In this document: in pieces, positions 44,817 through 55,736 of the stretch
Numbering within the stretch: position 1 is the stretch's first letter
Layout: each line of letters opens with the position of its first letter
NCBI GenBank assembly: GCA_963708075.1
Contig: OY970194.1
Coordinates: forward strand, 4,256,001-4,320,000
Origin: Sedimentisphaerales bacterium
GTDB taxonomy: Bacteria; Planctomycetota; Phycisphaerae; Sedimentisphaerales; Anaerobacaceae
Reading direction: 5' to 3'
Length of the DNA: 64,000 nt
Translations under genes and position numbers: made by a program
The notes under the pieces: model-generated
What the model was told of the DNA's origin: nothing
Database searches by the model: none
Seen by the model: only the letters and a program-made list of their open reading frames with translations

Positions 44817-45926
44817 TTACAATTGCCTGCTCCCGGGCAGGTCGGGGAAGGCCTCGGCAACGGCGACGTTGGTGAGCTTGTGGCCGGCCATGTTGATGGC
44901 GGCGGCGTGGCCGGGGTCGAGGGCGGCGAAGGCGTCGATGCCGAGCGAGGCGAGTTGGCGGACGTAGGGCAAGCGTGGCGTTGCATAGGGCCACGGTCGA
45001 GGTCCGGCTGACGGCGCCGGGGATGTTGGTAACGCAGTAGTGTACGACGCCATCGACGAGGTAGGTCGGGTGGCTGTGCGTGGTGGGCCGGGAGGTTTCC
45101 GCGCAGCCGCCCTGGTCGATGGACACATCCACGAGGACGCTGCCCGGTTTCATCGTCTTGACCAGCGAGCGGGACATCAGGACGGGGGCCCGGCCGCCGG
45201 GGATCAGGACGGCACCGACAACCAGGTCGGCCTGCATCGCGTAGTCTGCGATCGTGTGCGGGTCGGAGAAGATCGTCGTCACGTTGGCCGGCATCACTTC
45301 ATCGAGGTAGCGCAGGCGGTCCAGATGGATATCCATGATTGTGACATTGGCGGCCAGTCCGGCGGCCATGCGTGCGGCGTTGGTACCGACGACCCCGCCG
45401 CCGAGGACCAACACATTGGCCGGCGCGACGCCGGGAACGCCTCCGAGCAGAATGCCCTGGCCTTGCATCGGTCGCTCCAGGCACTTGGCCCCCTCCTGGA
45501 TCGACATGCGGCCGGCGATCTCGCTCATGGGCGTCAGCAGGGGCAACCGGCCCTGCGGCGTCCTGCAGGGTCTCGTAGGCTACAGCCGTGATGCCCGCCT
45601 CCAGACAGCCGACCGTCAGCTCCCGCGACGCGGCGAAGTGAAAGTAGCAGAAGACGATCTGGCCATCGCGGAGCCTGGCGATCTCCTGCGGGCTGCGGCT
45701 CCTTCACCTTGACGATCAAGTCGGCCCGGGTGTAGATCTCGGCGACGGACTCGACAATCCGGGCACCGGCCTGCACGTAGCGCCGGTCGTCAAATCCGCT
45801 ATCCGAACCAGCGCCTTTCTCGATGAGCACGGTCTGCCCGTCCCGCACCAGCAACTCCGCCCCGACGGGCAGCAGCGCGACGCGGTACTCGTCCTTCTTC
45901 ACTTCCTTCGGCACGCCAATGATCAT
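44817..45926 (-). CDS. ald: Alanine dehydrogenase; three +1 frameshifts (~45690, ~45557, ~44972)
   Basis: [54 protein letters not shown]. Confidence 0.9.
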
Positions 45927-45943
45927 ATCCACCCCCATTCGCA

Positions 45944-46020
45944 AGTTTGAAGTGTGAAGTCAGAGCACTTCAAACTTGAAACTTCACACTTGACACTCTC
46001 TTCTCAATCCGCAATCCCCA
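45944..46020. repeat. Heptamer inverted tandem repeat (TGAAGTG/ACTTCAA) overlapping the pyrE 3' end
   Basis: agtttgaagtgtgaagt ... acttcaaacttgaaacttcacacttgacact. Confidence 0.7.
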
Positions 46021-46528
46021 GGTCGTCTTTGGTCAGGATGGCTTCGAAGCAATAGCCGGCTTCGCTGATGTTCTCGCCGGCGCCCTGCTTGCGGTCGATG
46101 ACACAGACAATCTTTTTGACCATCGCGCCGGCGTCGGTGATGACCTTGGCCGCTTCAAGGACCTGGCCGCCCGTGGTGGCGATATCCTCGACAAGCAGCA
46201 CGACGTCGCCCGGATCGAGCACGCCTTCGACAAGCTTGCTCGTGCCGTAGTCTTTCTTGCTGTTGCGAACGATGATCCAGTTCTTGCCCGTCTCCATGGC
46301 GGTCGCCGCGGCCAGCGCGACGCCGCCCAACTCCGCCCCCGCGATCAGCGTGACATCCTTTGTCATATGTTTGGCGAATTCCTGCCCCAACGCCTTGAGG
46401 ATGTCGGGACAGGTCTCGAAGAGGTACTTGTCGAGGTAATACTTGCTCCGCTTGCCGCTGCGAAGGACGAAATCGCCCTCCAAGTACGCGGTTTCCTTGA
46501 TTCGCTGGATTAGCTCTTTTCTGGTCAC
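46004..46528 (-). CDS. pyrE: Orotate phosphoribosyltransferase
   Basis: GDFVLRSGKRS.YYLDK, K.YGT, LVEDIATTGG. Confidence 0.93.
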   Translation of the reverse strand: MTRKELIQRIKETAYLEGDFVLRSGKRSKYYLDKYLFETCPDILKALGQEFAKHMTKDVTLIAGAELGGVALAAATAMETGKNWIIVRNSKKDYGTSKLVEGVLDPGDVVLLVEDIATTGGQVLEAAKVITDAGAMVKKIVCVIDRKQGAGENISEAGYCFEAILTKDDLGIAD

Positions 46529-46595
46529 CTCAGCATCCTTTCTCTGTGCTCATGGGTGGCGTGGAACGCGTGGGCCAAGGACCCACCCTACGCCT

Positions 46596-48037
46596 TCAGA
46601 CTTTCAGTTCTACTTTTCGGTTCAACTCGTTGCGATACTTTTTTCGGATCGGGTTCACGACGGCTCGGACGAATTCATCGACCTGCTGTGGGGCCCGGCC
46701 GACGTAGGCGGCGGGGTCCAGGACCTTGTCGAAATCGAGATTCGGCGAAGGACGACATCCGCCCGCAGCCGGCCGATCAGGTCGTTGGGCCGGCCGAAGT
46801 TCTTTACCTCGGCGGCGGCCGCCTGGGAGTGCAGGCGGATCTTCTCGTGCAGCTCCTGCCGATTGCCGCCGGCTTTGACCGCCGCCATCAGGATATTCTC
46901 CGTCGCCATAAACGGCAGCTCCGCGGCCACGTGCGTCTCAATCACCTTCGGATATACCACCAGCCCATCGAAGACGTTCAGGAGGATCTGCAGGATGCCA
47001 TCCACGGCCAGAAACGCCTCCGGGATCGCCACCCGCTTGTTGGAGGAATCGTCCAGGGTCCGCTCGAACCACTGCTCGGACGCCGTCATGGCCGGGCTTG
47101 TCGCCAGGCTCAGCACGAGCCGGCTCAGGCCCGTCACCCGCTCGCAGCGCATCGGGTTTCGCTTGTACGCCATGGCGGACGAGCCGATCTGCGATTTCTC
47201 GAACGGCTCCTCCATCTCCTTGAGGTGCGCCAGCAGGCGAAGGTCGTTGCAGATCTTGTGCGCCGACTGGGCGATCAGGGCCAGCGCGTTGACGACGAGC
47301 GCGTCGATCTTTCGCGGGTAGGTCTGGCCGGTGACGGGACAGACCTTTTTGAAGCCGAACGCGGCCGCCACGTCCTTGTCGAGCTGCTGGACCTTGGCGT
47401 GATTGCCTTCGAAGAGCTCCAGGAACGACGCCTGCGTGCCGGTAGTGCCCTTGACGCCGCGGAACGGCAGCGTCTCGATGCGGTGCTCGACCTCCTGCAG
47501 GTCCATGACGAACTCCTGGCACCAGAGCGTCGCGCGCTTGCCGACGGTGGTGAGTTGGGCCGGCTGGAAGTGCGTGAAGCCGAGCGTGGGCAGGTCGCGG
47601 TATTGCTCGGCGAATTTGCCCAGCAGGTCGATCACGGCCGCCAGCTTGCCGGCGATCAGCCGCAGGCCCTCCCGCATGATGATCAGGTCCGCGTTGTCGC
47701 CCACGTAGCAGCTCGTCGCCCCGAGGTGGATGATCGGCGCCGCCTTCGGCGCCACCTCGCCGAACGCATAGATGTGGGCCATCACGTCGTGGCGGAACTG
47801 CTTCTCGTAGGCCGCCGCCTTGTCGAAGTCGATATCGTCGAGGTGGCGGGCCATCTGGTCGATCTGACTCTGCTTGATCTTCAGCCCGAGCTTCTTCTCG
47901 GCCTTGGCCAGCTCCAGCCAGAGCCGCCGCCACGTGCTGAACTTCTTCTGCGCCCCGAACAGCTCCGCCATCTCCCGCGAAGCGTTCCTCTCGACCAGCG
48001 GACTCGTGTATGAATTGTACTCCTGTGGCACCTTCAA
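46596..48037 (-). CDS. purB: Adenylosuccinate lyase; frameshift near 46745, true end ...VELKV*
   Basis: [35 protein letters not shown]. Confidence 0.95.
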
Positions 48038-48076
48038 TTCTCCGTTCTCTGCTCTCCGCTGGCCTGCATCTCTTAT

Positions 48077-49045
48077 CTACCGCGTGAGTTTCTGCTCTCG
48101 TTCGGCCAAAAGCTTCTCGATTTCGTCGATCTCCTCCCGGCTGAGATTCCAGTCGGAGGCGTGGACGGTTTCAAGGATTTGTTCGGGCCGGCGGGCGCCA
48201 ACGATGGCGGCGGTAACCTCGGGCCTGCGCAAGACCCAACTGATGGCCAACTGCGCACGGTCCGGCCATGGCGGTCGCGCGATCTTTCGCAGTTGCTCGA
48301 CCATCACCAGCGTGGCCGAGAACTGCGGGTCCTGGAACTCGGGCATCCGCCGGCGATGGTCGCCGGGCGCCAGTGCGACCAGCCGCTCGTGGCTGAACCT
48401 GCCCGTCAGCAGCCCCCGCTGCATGGGGCTGTAGACGATCACGCCGATCTTATGTTGTCCACAGTAGCTAAGGACTTCCGCCTCGATCTCCCGGTGCAGC
48501 ATGCTGTAGGGCGGCTGCAGCGAGGCGATGGGGTGGATCTTGCGGACTCGCTCCATCTGCCCGACACCGTAGTTGGACACGCCGAGATAGCGCACCTTGC
48601 CCTGCTCGGCGAGCCGGGCCATCTCCTCCCACGCCTCCTCGATATCGGCCTCCGGGTCGGGCCAGTGCATCTGGTAGAGGTCGATGGTCTCGACGCCGAG
48701 ACGCTTAAGACTGTCTTCACATTCCTTTCGGATGCTCTGCCTCTTGAGGTTCGGCACCTTCTCCCGCTTGTCATTCCAGAGCAGGCCGCACTTCGTGGCG
48801 ACATACGGCTTATGCCCGGTCATCTTGAGCGCCTGGCCTACCAGCTCCTCGGAGTGGCCAAGACCATAGACCGGGGCCGTATCGATCCAGTTGATCCCTT
48901 TATCCAGCCCGGCCACAATCGCGGCAATGGCGTCATCGTCATCCTGAGGCCCCCACCCATACTGCCACGGCCCGCCCATGGCCCACGTGCCAAGGCCCAC
49001 CGTCGTCAGGTGCAGATCAGTTTCGCCAAGTCTTCTCGTTTGCAT
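48077..49045 (-). CDS. Aldo/keto reductase
   Basis: GLGTWAMGG, DTAPVYG.GHSE, IDLYQMHWP, GVSN, SLQPPYS. Confidence 0.93.
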   Translation of the reverse strand: MQTRRLGETDLHLTTVGLGTWAMGGPWQYGWGPQDDDDAIAAIVAGLDKGINWIDTAPVYGLGHSEELVGQALKMTGHKPYVATKCGLLWNDKREKVPNLKRQSIRKECEDSLKRLGVETIDLYQMHWPDPEADIEEAWEEMARLAEQGKVRYLGVSNYGVGQMERVRKIHPIASLQPPYSMLHREIEAEVLSYCGQHKIGVIVYSPMQRGLLTGRFSHERLVALAPGDHRRRMPEFQDPQFSATLVMVEQLRKIARPPWPDRAQLAISWVLRRPEVTAAIVGARRPEQILETVHASDWNLSREEIDEIEKLLAEREQKLTR

Positions 49046-49128
49046 ACGTGCATTCCCCGGCAGGTTCTGGATCCAACGGCCATAGGATACAATAGATGCC
49101 GCCATAGATCAACTGCCGGGTTGGGAGA

Positions 49129-49157
49129 TTGCCATAGAACCACGGAGAGGGTACAAT
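49129..49157 (+). promoter_or_regulatory. Sigma70-like promoter
   Basis: TTGCCA-N17-TACAAT. Confidence 0.6.
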
Positions 49158-49213
49158 AGTATCCTTTCCGTTTCTGTTCCATTGATTTCGCTACCTATGT
49201 TGGAGATGTCAGG

Positions 49214-51205
49214 TTGGCACTGTCCGGACGCCGGTTTGGACAAGTACTCAAGGACGTGGTGATCGGCCGGTCGCGGGATCCTCGCGACGCCATGGTCTTT
49301 CACCGGCTGTCCTTAGTAGCGTTCTTTGCCTGGGTAGGACTGGGTGCGGACGGTCTGTCCTCCTCGTGCTACGGACCTTCGGAAGCGTTCCTGGAATTGG
49401 GGAATCATCCATTTTTAGGCGTTTTCGTCGGTCTGGGAAGCGTCATCACGATCCTCGTCATCGCCGCCAGCTATTCGCAGATCGTCGAGCTGTTCCCAAC
49501 GGGCGGCGGCGGTTACTTCGTTGCCACCAAGCTGTTGTCGCCCTGGGTAGGAATGGTCTCCGGCTGCGCACTGCTGATCGACTACGTGCTGACCATTTCA
49601 GTCTCTATCGCCAGCGGCACAGACGCCATCTTCAGTTTCCTGCCTCCGGAGTGGCACGAGTATAAGCTCGACCTTGCCATTGTCGTCATTATCGCGATGG
49701 TGCTACTGAATATGAGGGGAGTGCGAGAATCGGTGATCCCCTTGGTCCCGATTTTTCTGACGTTTCTCGCCACACATGTATTTGTGATTCTCTACGGCCT
49801 GTTTACGCACCTGCCCAATATAAGCACCGTCGTTCGCTCGACCCAAGCCGACGTACACAACACCGTCTCCACCATCGGTTTCTGGGGCCTCGCCATGATC
49901 GTGCTGCGGTCCTACAGCATGGGTGCAGGCACATATACAGGAATCGAGGCCGTCAGTAACGGGCTCCCGGTCCTGAGAGAACCGAGGGTCCAAACCGCCC
50001 GACTGACGATGCGATACATGGCCATCTCGCTCTCATTCATGGTTATGGGATTGGTTCTCGGGTACCTGTTGTACGATGTGCGACTGGAACCGGGAAGGAC
50101 CCTCAATGCGGTCCTGTTTGACAAGGTGACGGCAGGCTGGGGCGAAGGCGGCGCCCGCCTGTTCATCTTCGTCTGCCTTCTATCGGAAGCCATGCTCCTC
50201 ACCATTGCCGCCCAAACGGGATTCCTCGACGGCCCCCGCGTTCTGGCCAACATGTCCCTCGACCGGTGGTTTCCGACGCGGTTCTCCGTCTTGAGCGACC
50301 GGCTGGTCATTCAGAACGGCATCTTGATTATGGGGGGGCTGGCGCTGGTGATCATGCTCTTCACCAGGGGCTCGGTGAGACTGCTGGTGGTGCTCTACAG
50401 CATCAACGTCTTCATCACATTCTGTCTTTCGCAGTTGGGCATGGTTCGCCATTGGTGGCTCGACCGCCACCAGACAAGGTCCTGGCTCCACAAGCTGCTC
50501 ATCAATGGCTTCGGTTTGGTCCTCACCACGTTCATCCTGGTTTCCATGGTGACCGTCAAGTTCTTCGAGGGCGGCTGGATCACATTACTGATCACCGGGA
50601 CTCTGGTCGTCTTTGCAATCCTGGTGAGGCGACATTACAACAAGATTGCGGTGCAGCTTCGCCGGCTCGACGAGCTGGCCGAGCGTGCGGAATCCTACGT
50701 CCGCCAGTCCGCCCCCAAGGGAGGCGAAGGCGGGCCGGTCTTCGATCCCAAGGCCAAGACCGCCGTTCTGCTCGTCAGCGGCTTCAACGGCACCGGCCTG
50801 CACACCCTCCTGGCCATCATGCGACTCTTCGGCGGCGTCTTCCGAAACTTCGTCTTTCTCGAAGTCGGAGTCCTGGACGTCGGCAACTTCAAGGGGCCCC
50901 AGGAGGTCGAGCGCCTGCAGACACAGGTGCAGAACGACCTCAATCGCTACGTGGAGCTGATGAAGAAGGAAGGGTTCTACGCGGAAGCTGTCTGGGACAT
51001 CGGCGTCGATGCCGCCGAGCAGATCACGCGGATCGTCCCCAGCATCATCGAGCGCTACCCCGGCGCCGTGTTCTTCGGCGGCAAGCTGTTGTTCCTCAAC
51101 GAGACCCTGATCAACCGGCTGCTCCACAACCAGCTCGTCTTCACGATCCAGAAGCGCCTGCACCGTCTGGGCATCCCCTTCGTCATCCTGCCCATCTACG
51201 TGTGA
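49214..51205 (+). CDS. APC-superfamily permease, KimA/YdaO-like (probable K+ transporter)
   Basis: GADGLSSSCYGP, PTGGGGY, LLIDYVLT, TGIEAVSNG, ~12 TM segments and a soluble C-terminal domain. Confidence 0.82.
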   Translation: MALSGRRFGQVLKDVVIGRSRDPRDAMVFHRLSLVAFFAWVGLGADGLSSSCYGPSEAFLELGNHPFLGVFVGLGSVITILVIAASYSQIVELFPTGGGGYFVATKLLSPWVGMVSGCALLIDYVLTISVSIASGTDAIFSFLPPEWHEYKLDLAIVVIIAMVLLNMRGVRESVIPLVPIFLTFLATHVFVILYGLFTHLPNISTVVRSTQADVHNTVSTIGFWGLAMIVLRSYSMGAGTYTGIEAVSNGLPVLREPRVQTARLTMRYMAISLSFMVMGLVLGYLLYDVRLEPGRTLNAVLFDKVTAGWGEGGARLFIFVCLLSEAMLLTIAAQTGFLDGPRVLANMSLDRWFPTRFSVLSDRLVIQNGILIMGGLALVIMLFTRGSVRLLVVLYSINVFITFCLSQLGMVRHWWLDRHQTRSWLHKLLINGFGLVLTTFILVSMVTVKFFEGGWITLLITGTLVVFAILVRRHYNKIAVQLRRLDELAERAESYVRQSAPKGGEGGPVFDPKAKTAVLLVSGFNGTGLHTLLAIMRLFGGVFRNFVFLEVGVLDVGNFKGPQEVERLQTQVQNDLNRYVELMKKEGFYAEAVWDIGVDAAEQITRIVPSIIERYPGAVFFGGKLLFLNETLINRLLHNQLVFTIQKRLHRLGIPFVILPIYV

Positions 51206-51321
51206 CGGGCCGGAAGAAGACCACGACCATCTTCACGGCGATTTCCGGCGCTCCCGCTCTTGTCACGCGCAGCGCGTGCGACGAGATTTCGCAGTGGCCT
51301 TTCCATTCGTCATGTTGAGGG

Positions 51322-51519
51322 AGTGTGCGACTAAGTTTCGTGGGCCCCGATGGCTTCGCAGGGCGGGCGAGGACGTCCACCCTACGCCCGGAGCCGTCGG
51401 CGCTCTTCGTAGGTCGTGCGTCCCCGCACGACCCCCTTGGCCCTGGGTGGATACGCGTCGAAACGCACGGTTTCTCACCCGGTCAGCGGAATCTGCCCCA
51501 CAGGATTTAGTCGCGCACT
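51322..51519. repeat. MITE-like element with 13-bp terminal inverted repeats enclosing two GTAG REPs
   Basis: agtgtgcgactaa ... ttagtcgcgcact (1 mismatch). Confidence 0.5.
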
Positions 51520-51621
51520 TGAGGGACGGGTGGCAGCGGCACCGCATCAAATGAGCACCGTCAAACGCCCTACAACCCTTATGGAGCCCTGCACTGCCGG
51601 GCGAAGGTACCGGTTTGGGGG

Positions 51622-51650
51622 TTGACGGGCGGGGGGAAAGAGGGTATGCT
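51622..51650 (+). promoter_or_regulatory. Sigma70-like promoter
   Basis: TTGACG-N17-TATGCT. Confidence 0.6.
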
Positions 51651-51823
51651 GTTGTGTGTTGACCTGTGACGTTGAGCTTCTGCTGTGCGCGGCGTTTTCC
51701 CGTAATAACGTTGTTTGCGCAAAGACAACCATGCGGCGGCAACCTGTGCATCTCCTGAGGAGGACACATTCAGCACAGACCGCCCCAGAAAGTTCATTTT
51801 TCACCCGGGAAAGGAGGACTATC

Positions 51824-54800
51824 ATGTCGAAGAAACTCATATACCTGGTCTCTGTATACATGGTGCTGATGGCGGCAACGGGGGTGCGGGCGGAGACGGT
51901 CACCGTCGTAAGCGATGCGGACACCTGGACGGCGGGAACCGACACGGCAGCGAATGACAAGCTCGAATTCATGGCGATTCAGGGTGGAGGCTCTGACCGC
52001 ACGGGCTACGTGCGCTTCGACCTTTCCACTCTCAATATCCTCAAGGTCGAGAGCGCGACGTTGACGCTGACCGTGCACGGGGCGATTCCGAAGCCGCCGT
52101 ACCGCAACGACACGGTCAATACCGGCCGTTTTGCCCTGTACGGATTGAATGGCGTGGCCGGCAACACGGCTCAGAACTGGGATCCAGCCGCCCTGAATGG
52201 CAGCAACACAGGCGGTGAGGTGGACTGGACGACCGGCACAGTTGTTGTCGCCGGGGGTCGAGCCACCGACCTGGATGAAGATGTTGCGGGAATCACCGAG
52301 ACGGTCACCACCGCTGCCGCCGGAGGTTGGGCCTTGGGAACCACGATCACCATCACGGGACAACCGCTGGTCAGCTTCATTCAAAGCCGGGTGGATGATA
52401 GTGGTTTGGTCACGTTCCTTCTGAAGAACGACGACAGCGCCGACCGAGGATATGGCATCTGCAGCAGAGAATATGTGGACGAAGCCTATCATCCGAAGCT
52501 GGATCTCGCCGTCGTGACGGGTGCGAAATCGGGTGCAACGAAGCCAAATCCACAAGACAAGGCCACGGATATCCTTCGAGACAGCGTTCTCAGTTGGAAG
52601 CCGGCGGCCTCTGCCGCCACACACAATGTGTACCTGGGAACCGATCTCGATGCCGTCACGACTGCCGGCGCGAGCGTTCTGGTCGGCCAGGGGCAGGATG
52701 CCAACACCTACGATCCGCCCGGCCATTTGACGCTTGGCCAGACCTATTACTGGCGGGTCGATGAAGTCAACGGGGCTCCCGACTTCACCGTGCAGAGTGG
52801 CCCGGTCTGGAGTTTCACGGTCGAGCCTGCCTCATACCTGATCGCAAACGTGACGGCCACGGCCTCCAGTTTCGAGACCAACTCCGGGCCGGAGAACACG
52901 GTCAACGGCTCAGGCCTGGATCCGCAAGATCTGCACTCAACGGGCGACAGGACCATGTGGCTCAGTGGCAAGACTGCCCCGCTGCCGGCCTGGATTCAAT
53001 ACCAGTTTGACCGGGTCTACAAACTCCATGAAATGTGGGTCTGGAACCACAACACGGCCATGGAGTCCGTTGTGGGCGTCGGATTCAAGGATGTCACGGT
53101 GGAGTACTCCGTCAATGGCACGGACTGGCTCGTGCTCGGCGAGCTTGAGTTTGCCCAGGCAGCATCGGGCGACGGCTACGCGCACAACACGACCGTCGAT
53201 TTTGCCGGCGCGGCGGCCAGGTTCGTCAAGCTCACCCCCAAGAACAACTGGGCCGGAATTGCCCCCCAATATGGCTTGAGCGAGGTGCGGTTCTTCTACG
53301 TCCCCGTCCATGCCCGGGAGCCGGTTCCGGCGTCGGCTGCGGCAAACGTGGATCCGACCACCGCCGTTCTGAGCTGGCGGGCCGGGCGCGAGGCGGCCTC
53401 ACACGAGGTGTATGTCAGCACAGATAGCCAGGCCGTGATGGACGGCTCCGCACCTGTTGTGACCGTAAACCAGGCCAGCTACCCTCCGCGCCCTTCCCTG
53501 GGGTTGGGCACGACCTACTACTGGAAAGTGGTCGAGGTCAATCAAGCTGAAACGCCCAGCGCGTGGGAAAGCGATGTCTGGAGTCTCTCCACGCTGACAT
53601 ATCTCACCATCGATGATTTTGAGAGCTACACCAACGACTCGCCGAACCGGGTCTTCCAAGCCTGGATCGATGGCGCGGGTTTCTCGGAGGACGAGTTCTT
53701 CCCGACGGGCAATCCCGGCAACGGTTCAGGCTCTCTGATCGGCTATGATCCGACAGCGGGCGATGTCATGGAGACCGGGATCATTCACGGCGGCAGGCAG
53801 TCGATGCCTGTGTACTACGACAACGGCAGCGCGCCGCGGTACTCCGAAGCCGTGCGTACTCTGGCGACGCCCCAGGACTGGAGCAAGCATGGCATCACCA
53901 CGCTTGTGCTGTATTTCCGGGGCGACGTGAATAACGTCGCCGCTCCGTTGTATGTGAAGATCAACAACGCGAAAGTGCTCTACAACAGCGGCGCTCCCAG
54001 CACGGCCTTCCCGCTCTGGAAGCAGTGGAACATCGACCTGGCCGCTTCGGGCGCCAATCTTCAGAGCGTCAAGACGCTGGCTATCGGCGTGGGTGACGGC
54101 ATCGCCGGCGGGACAGGGACGATCTTCATCGATGACATCCTGCTGTATGCGACGCCTCCGCAGGCCGTGGCCGCCGCCGATCCGGGGACCAATGGTCTGG
54201 TGGCGCTGTATGCGATGGAAGGCAACTTACAGGATAGTTCCGGCAAGAGCAACAATGGCACCGCCTCCGGCGATCCGGCGTATGGGCAGGGGTTGCTCGG
54301 CTACGGCAAGGCGCTGGGCTTCGACGGAACAAACGACTACGTAGATCTGCCCATCGGCTCGCTGGTGAGCACGCTCAACAGCACGACCATTGCCGCGTGG
54401 GTGTACTTCACGAACGCAGGCAACGCCTGGCAGCGGGTCTTCGACTTCGGCAATGCCGGCGTCAGCGGCGCGAACCCCAATGTGTACATGTTCCTGACGT
54501 CGAACAACGGATCGCGGATCGTACGATTCGCCATCCGTAACGCGGCCAGTACAGCCGAGCAGGCCGTCAACGCCCCGGCCGCGCTGACGACGGGCTGGCA
54601 TCATGTGGCGATCGTGATTGACAGCACGACTATGCAACTGCGGTTGTATCAGGATGGGACGCCTGCGGCCAGCGGAGCCACGACCGTGCTGCCGAAGGAC
54701 CTGGGCGTGACGACACAGAACTGGCTCGGCCGCTCTCAGTGGACGGCCGACCCCTTCTTCGGCGGCTCCATAGATGATTTCCGCATCTACAATCGCACCT

Positions 54801-54841
54801 TGTCGGAATCCGAGGTCCGCTACCTCGCCGGCGACCGGTGA
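51824..54841 (+). CDS. Secreted family member: DNRLRE/CBM96-like N-terminus, Fn3-like, F5/8, IDDFESY module, LamG
   Basis: RBS AAGGAGG; signal peptide; GYVRFDLS..VESATLTL, YYWRVDEV, GLSEVRF, WQRVFDFG...IDDFRIYNR. Confidence 0.85.
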   Translation: MSKKLIYLVSVYMVLMAATGVRAETVTVVSDADTWTAGTDTAANDKLEFMAIQGGGSDRTGYVRFDLSTLNILKVESATLTLTVHGAIPKPPYRNDTVNTGRFALYGLNGVAGNTAQNWDPAALNGSNTGGEVDWTTGTVVVAGGRATDLDEDVAGITETVTTAAAGGWALGTTITITGQPLVSFIQSRVDDSGLVTFLLKNDDSADRGYGICSREYVDEAYHPKLDLAVVTGAKSGATKPNPQDKATDILRDSVLSWKPAASAATHNVYLGTDLDAVTTAGASVLVGQGQDANTYDPPGHLTLGQTYYWRVDEVNGAPDFTVQSGPVWSFTVEPASYLIANVTATASSFETNSGPENTVNGSGLDPQDLHSTGDRTMWLSGKTAPLPAWIQYQFDRVYKLHEMWVWNHNTAMESVVGVGFKDVTVEYSVNGTDWLVLGELEFAQAASGDGYAHNTTVDFAGAAARFVKLTPKNNWAGIAPQYGLSEVRFFYVPVHAREPVPASAAANVDPTTAVLSWRAGREAASHEVYVSTDSQAVMDGSAPVVTVNQASYPPRPSLGLGTTYYWKVVEVNQAETPSAWESDVWSLSTLTYLTIDDFESYTNDSPNRVFQAWIDGAGFSEDEFFPTGNPGNGSGSLIGYDPTAGDVMETGIIHGGRQSMPVYYDNGSAPRYSEAVRTLATPQDWSKHGITTLVLYFRGDVNNVAAPLYVKINNAKVLYNSGAPSTAFPLWKQWNIDLAASGANLQSVKTLAIGVGDGIAGGTGTIFIDDILLYATPPQAVAAADPGTNGLVALYAMEGNLQDSSGKSNNGTASGDPAYGQGLLGYGKALGFDGTNDYVDLPIGSLVSTLNSTTIAAWVYFTNAGNAWQRVFDFGNAGVSGANPNVYMFLTSNNGSRIVRFAIRNAASTAEQAVNAPAALTTGWHHVAIVIDSTTMQLRLYQDGTPAASGATTVLPKDLGVTTQNWLGRSQWTADPFFGGSIDDFRIYNRTLSESEVRYLAGDR

Positions 54842-54888
54842 GCAGACAACGCCGATCATAACGATTACGATTGAGAGTCTCATGTCTC

Positions 54889-54983
54889 CGGGTGGCAGCG
54901 GCAAGCGAAGTCCGCGGAGCTTGCCGATGGTGTTCTGCCGTATGTGACAGCCATCGGCAAGCTGCGCTTGCCGCTGCCACCCG
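54889..54983. repeat. GGTGGCA-type REP doublet between convergent genes
   Basis: cgggtggcagcggcaagcg ... cgcttgccgctgccacccg. Confidence 0.8.
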
Positions 54984-55025
54984 AATATGGTTCAGGCATT
55001 ACCGAGAATCGATCTACAATCGCTG

Positions 55026-55736
55026 TCAGTGGTACCCCGCGCCGGGGTAGAGGAGGTTCAGGGCGACCGTGTGCACAGGACGCAGGAGAAAGTCCATGAC
55101 GTTCCAGGCGACGATCAGGCCGATGATGCTCGCGTACGGCTGGGCCATGAACTCCCGGTAGCGCTCTGCGGCGCTGTCGCTGAGAAACAGCGAGATCACC
55201 TCACTGCCGTCGAGCGGAGGCACGGGAAGCAGATTGAAGACCAGCAGGATCAGGTTCAAGGAGAACAGGACACTGACCAGAATGGCGGCGCCGGTGGCGA
55301 CGCCTGGAGCTGTCGCCGCGGTGGTTCGCGCCCAACTGATCTGGTCGGGTTGGGCGAACACGCCGAGGAGCATGCCGCCGCGGATGAGCAGGGCCGCGAG
55401 CAGGATGAGGATGAGGTTCGCCGCCGGGCCGGCCAGGGCCATCAGGGCCGCCTGCCGGCGGTTGCGATGGGCCCAGTAGGGATCGTATGGCGTGCTCGCC
55501 CAGCCGATCATCCAGCCGCCGAGGGCAAAGGAAAGGATGGGCACGACGATCATGCCGATGGGCGACCTCTGCATGTGCGGGATCGGGTCGAGCGTGACCA
55601 GGCCGGCGGTATAGGCGGTTGTGTCCCCGAATTTCAGGGCGGCAAAGCCGTGGGACGCCTCGTGGAACGTGACCGAGACGGTGAGCACGACAAACCACAA
55701 AAGCCCCAATCCAATCTCCATCGGTGTCACTGTCAT
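55026..55736 (-). CDS. Site-2 protease (M50) family protein
   Basis: HEASH, ALAGPAAN, FNLLPVPPLDG. Confidence 0.9.
   Translation of the reverse strand: MTVTPMEIGLGLLWFVVLTVSVTFHEASHGFAALKFGDTTAYTAGLVTLDPIPHMQRSPIGMIVVPILSFALGGWMIGWASTPYDPYWAHRNRRQAALMALAGPAANLILILLAALLIRGGMLLGVFAQPDQISWARTTAATAPGVATGAAILVSVLFSLNLILLVFNLLPVPPLDGSEVISLFLSDSAAERYREFMAQPYASIIGLIVAWNVMDFLLRPVHTVALNLLYPGAGYH

Noticed and set aside
23668..48300. Frameshifted ald, purB, secG and TPR genes as real pseudogenes or programmed frameshifts
   Set aside because: Housekeeping genes are affected, no slippery heptamers were seen, and a compensating +1/-1 pair in the aldo/keto reductase (~48255-48280) points to sequencing indels.
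49050..49213. c-di-AMP (ydaO) riboswitch before the KimA-like permease
   Set aside because: Only ~55 nt between the predicted -10 and the start codon, and no consensus visible.
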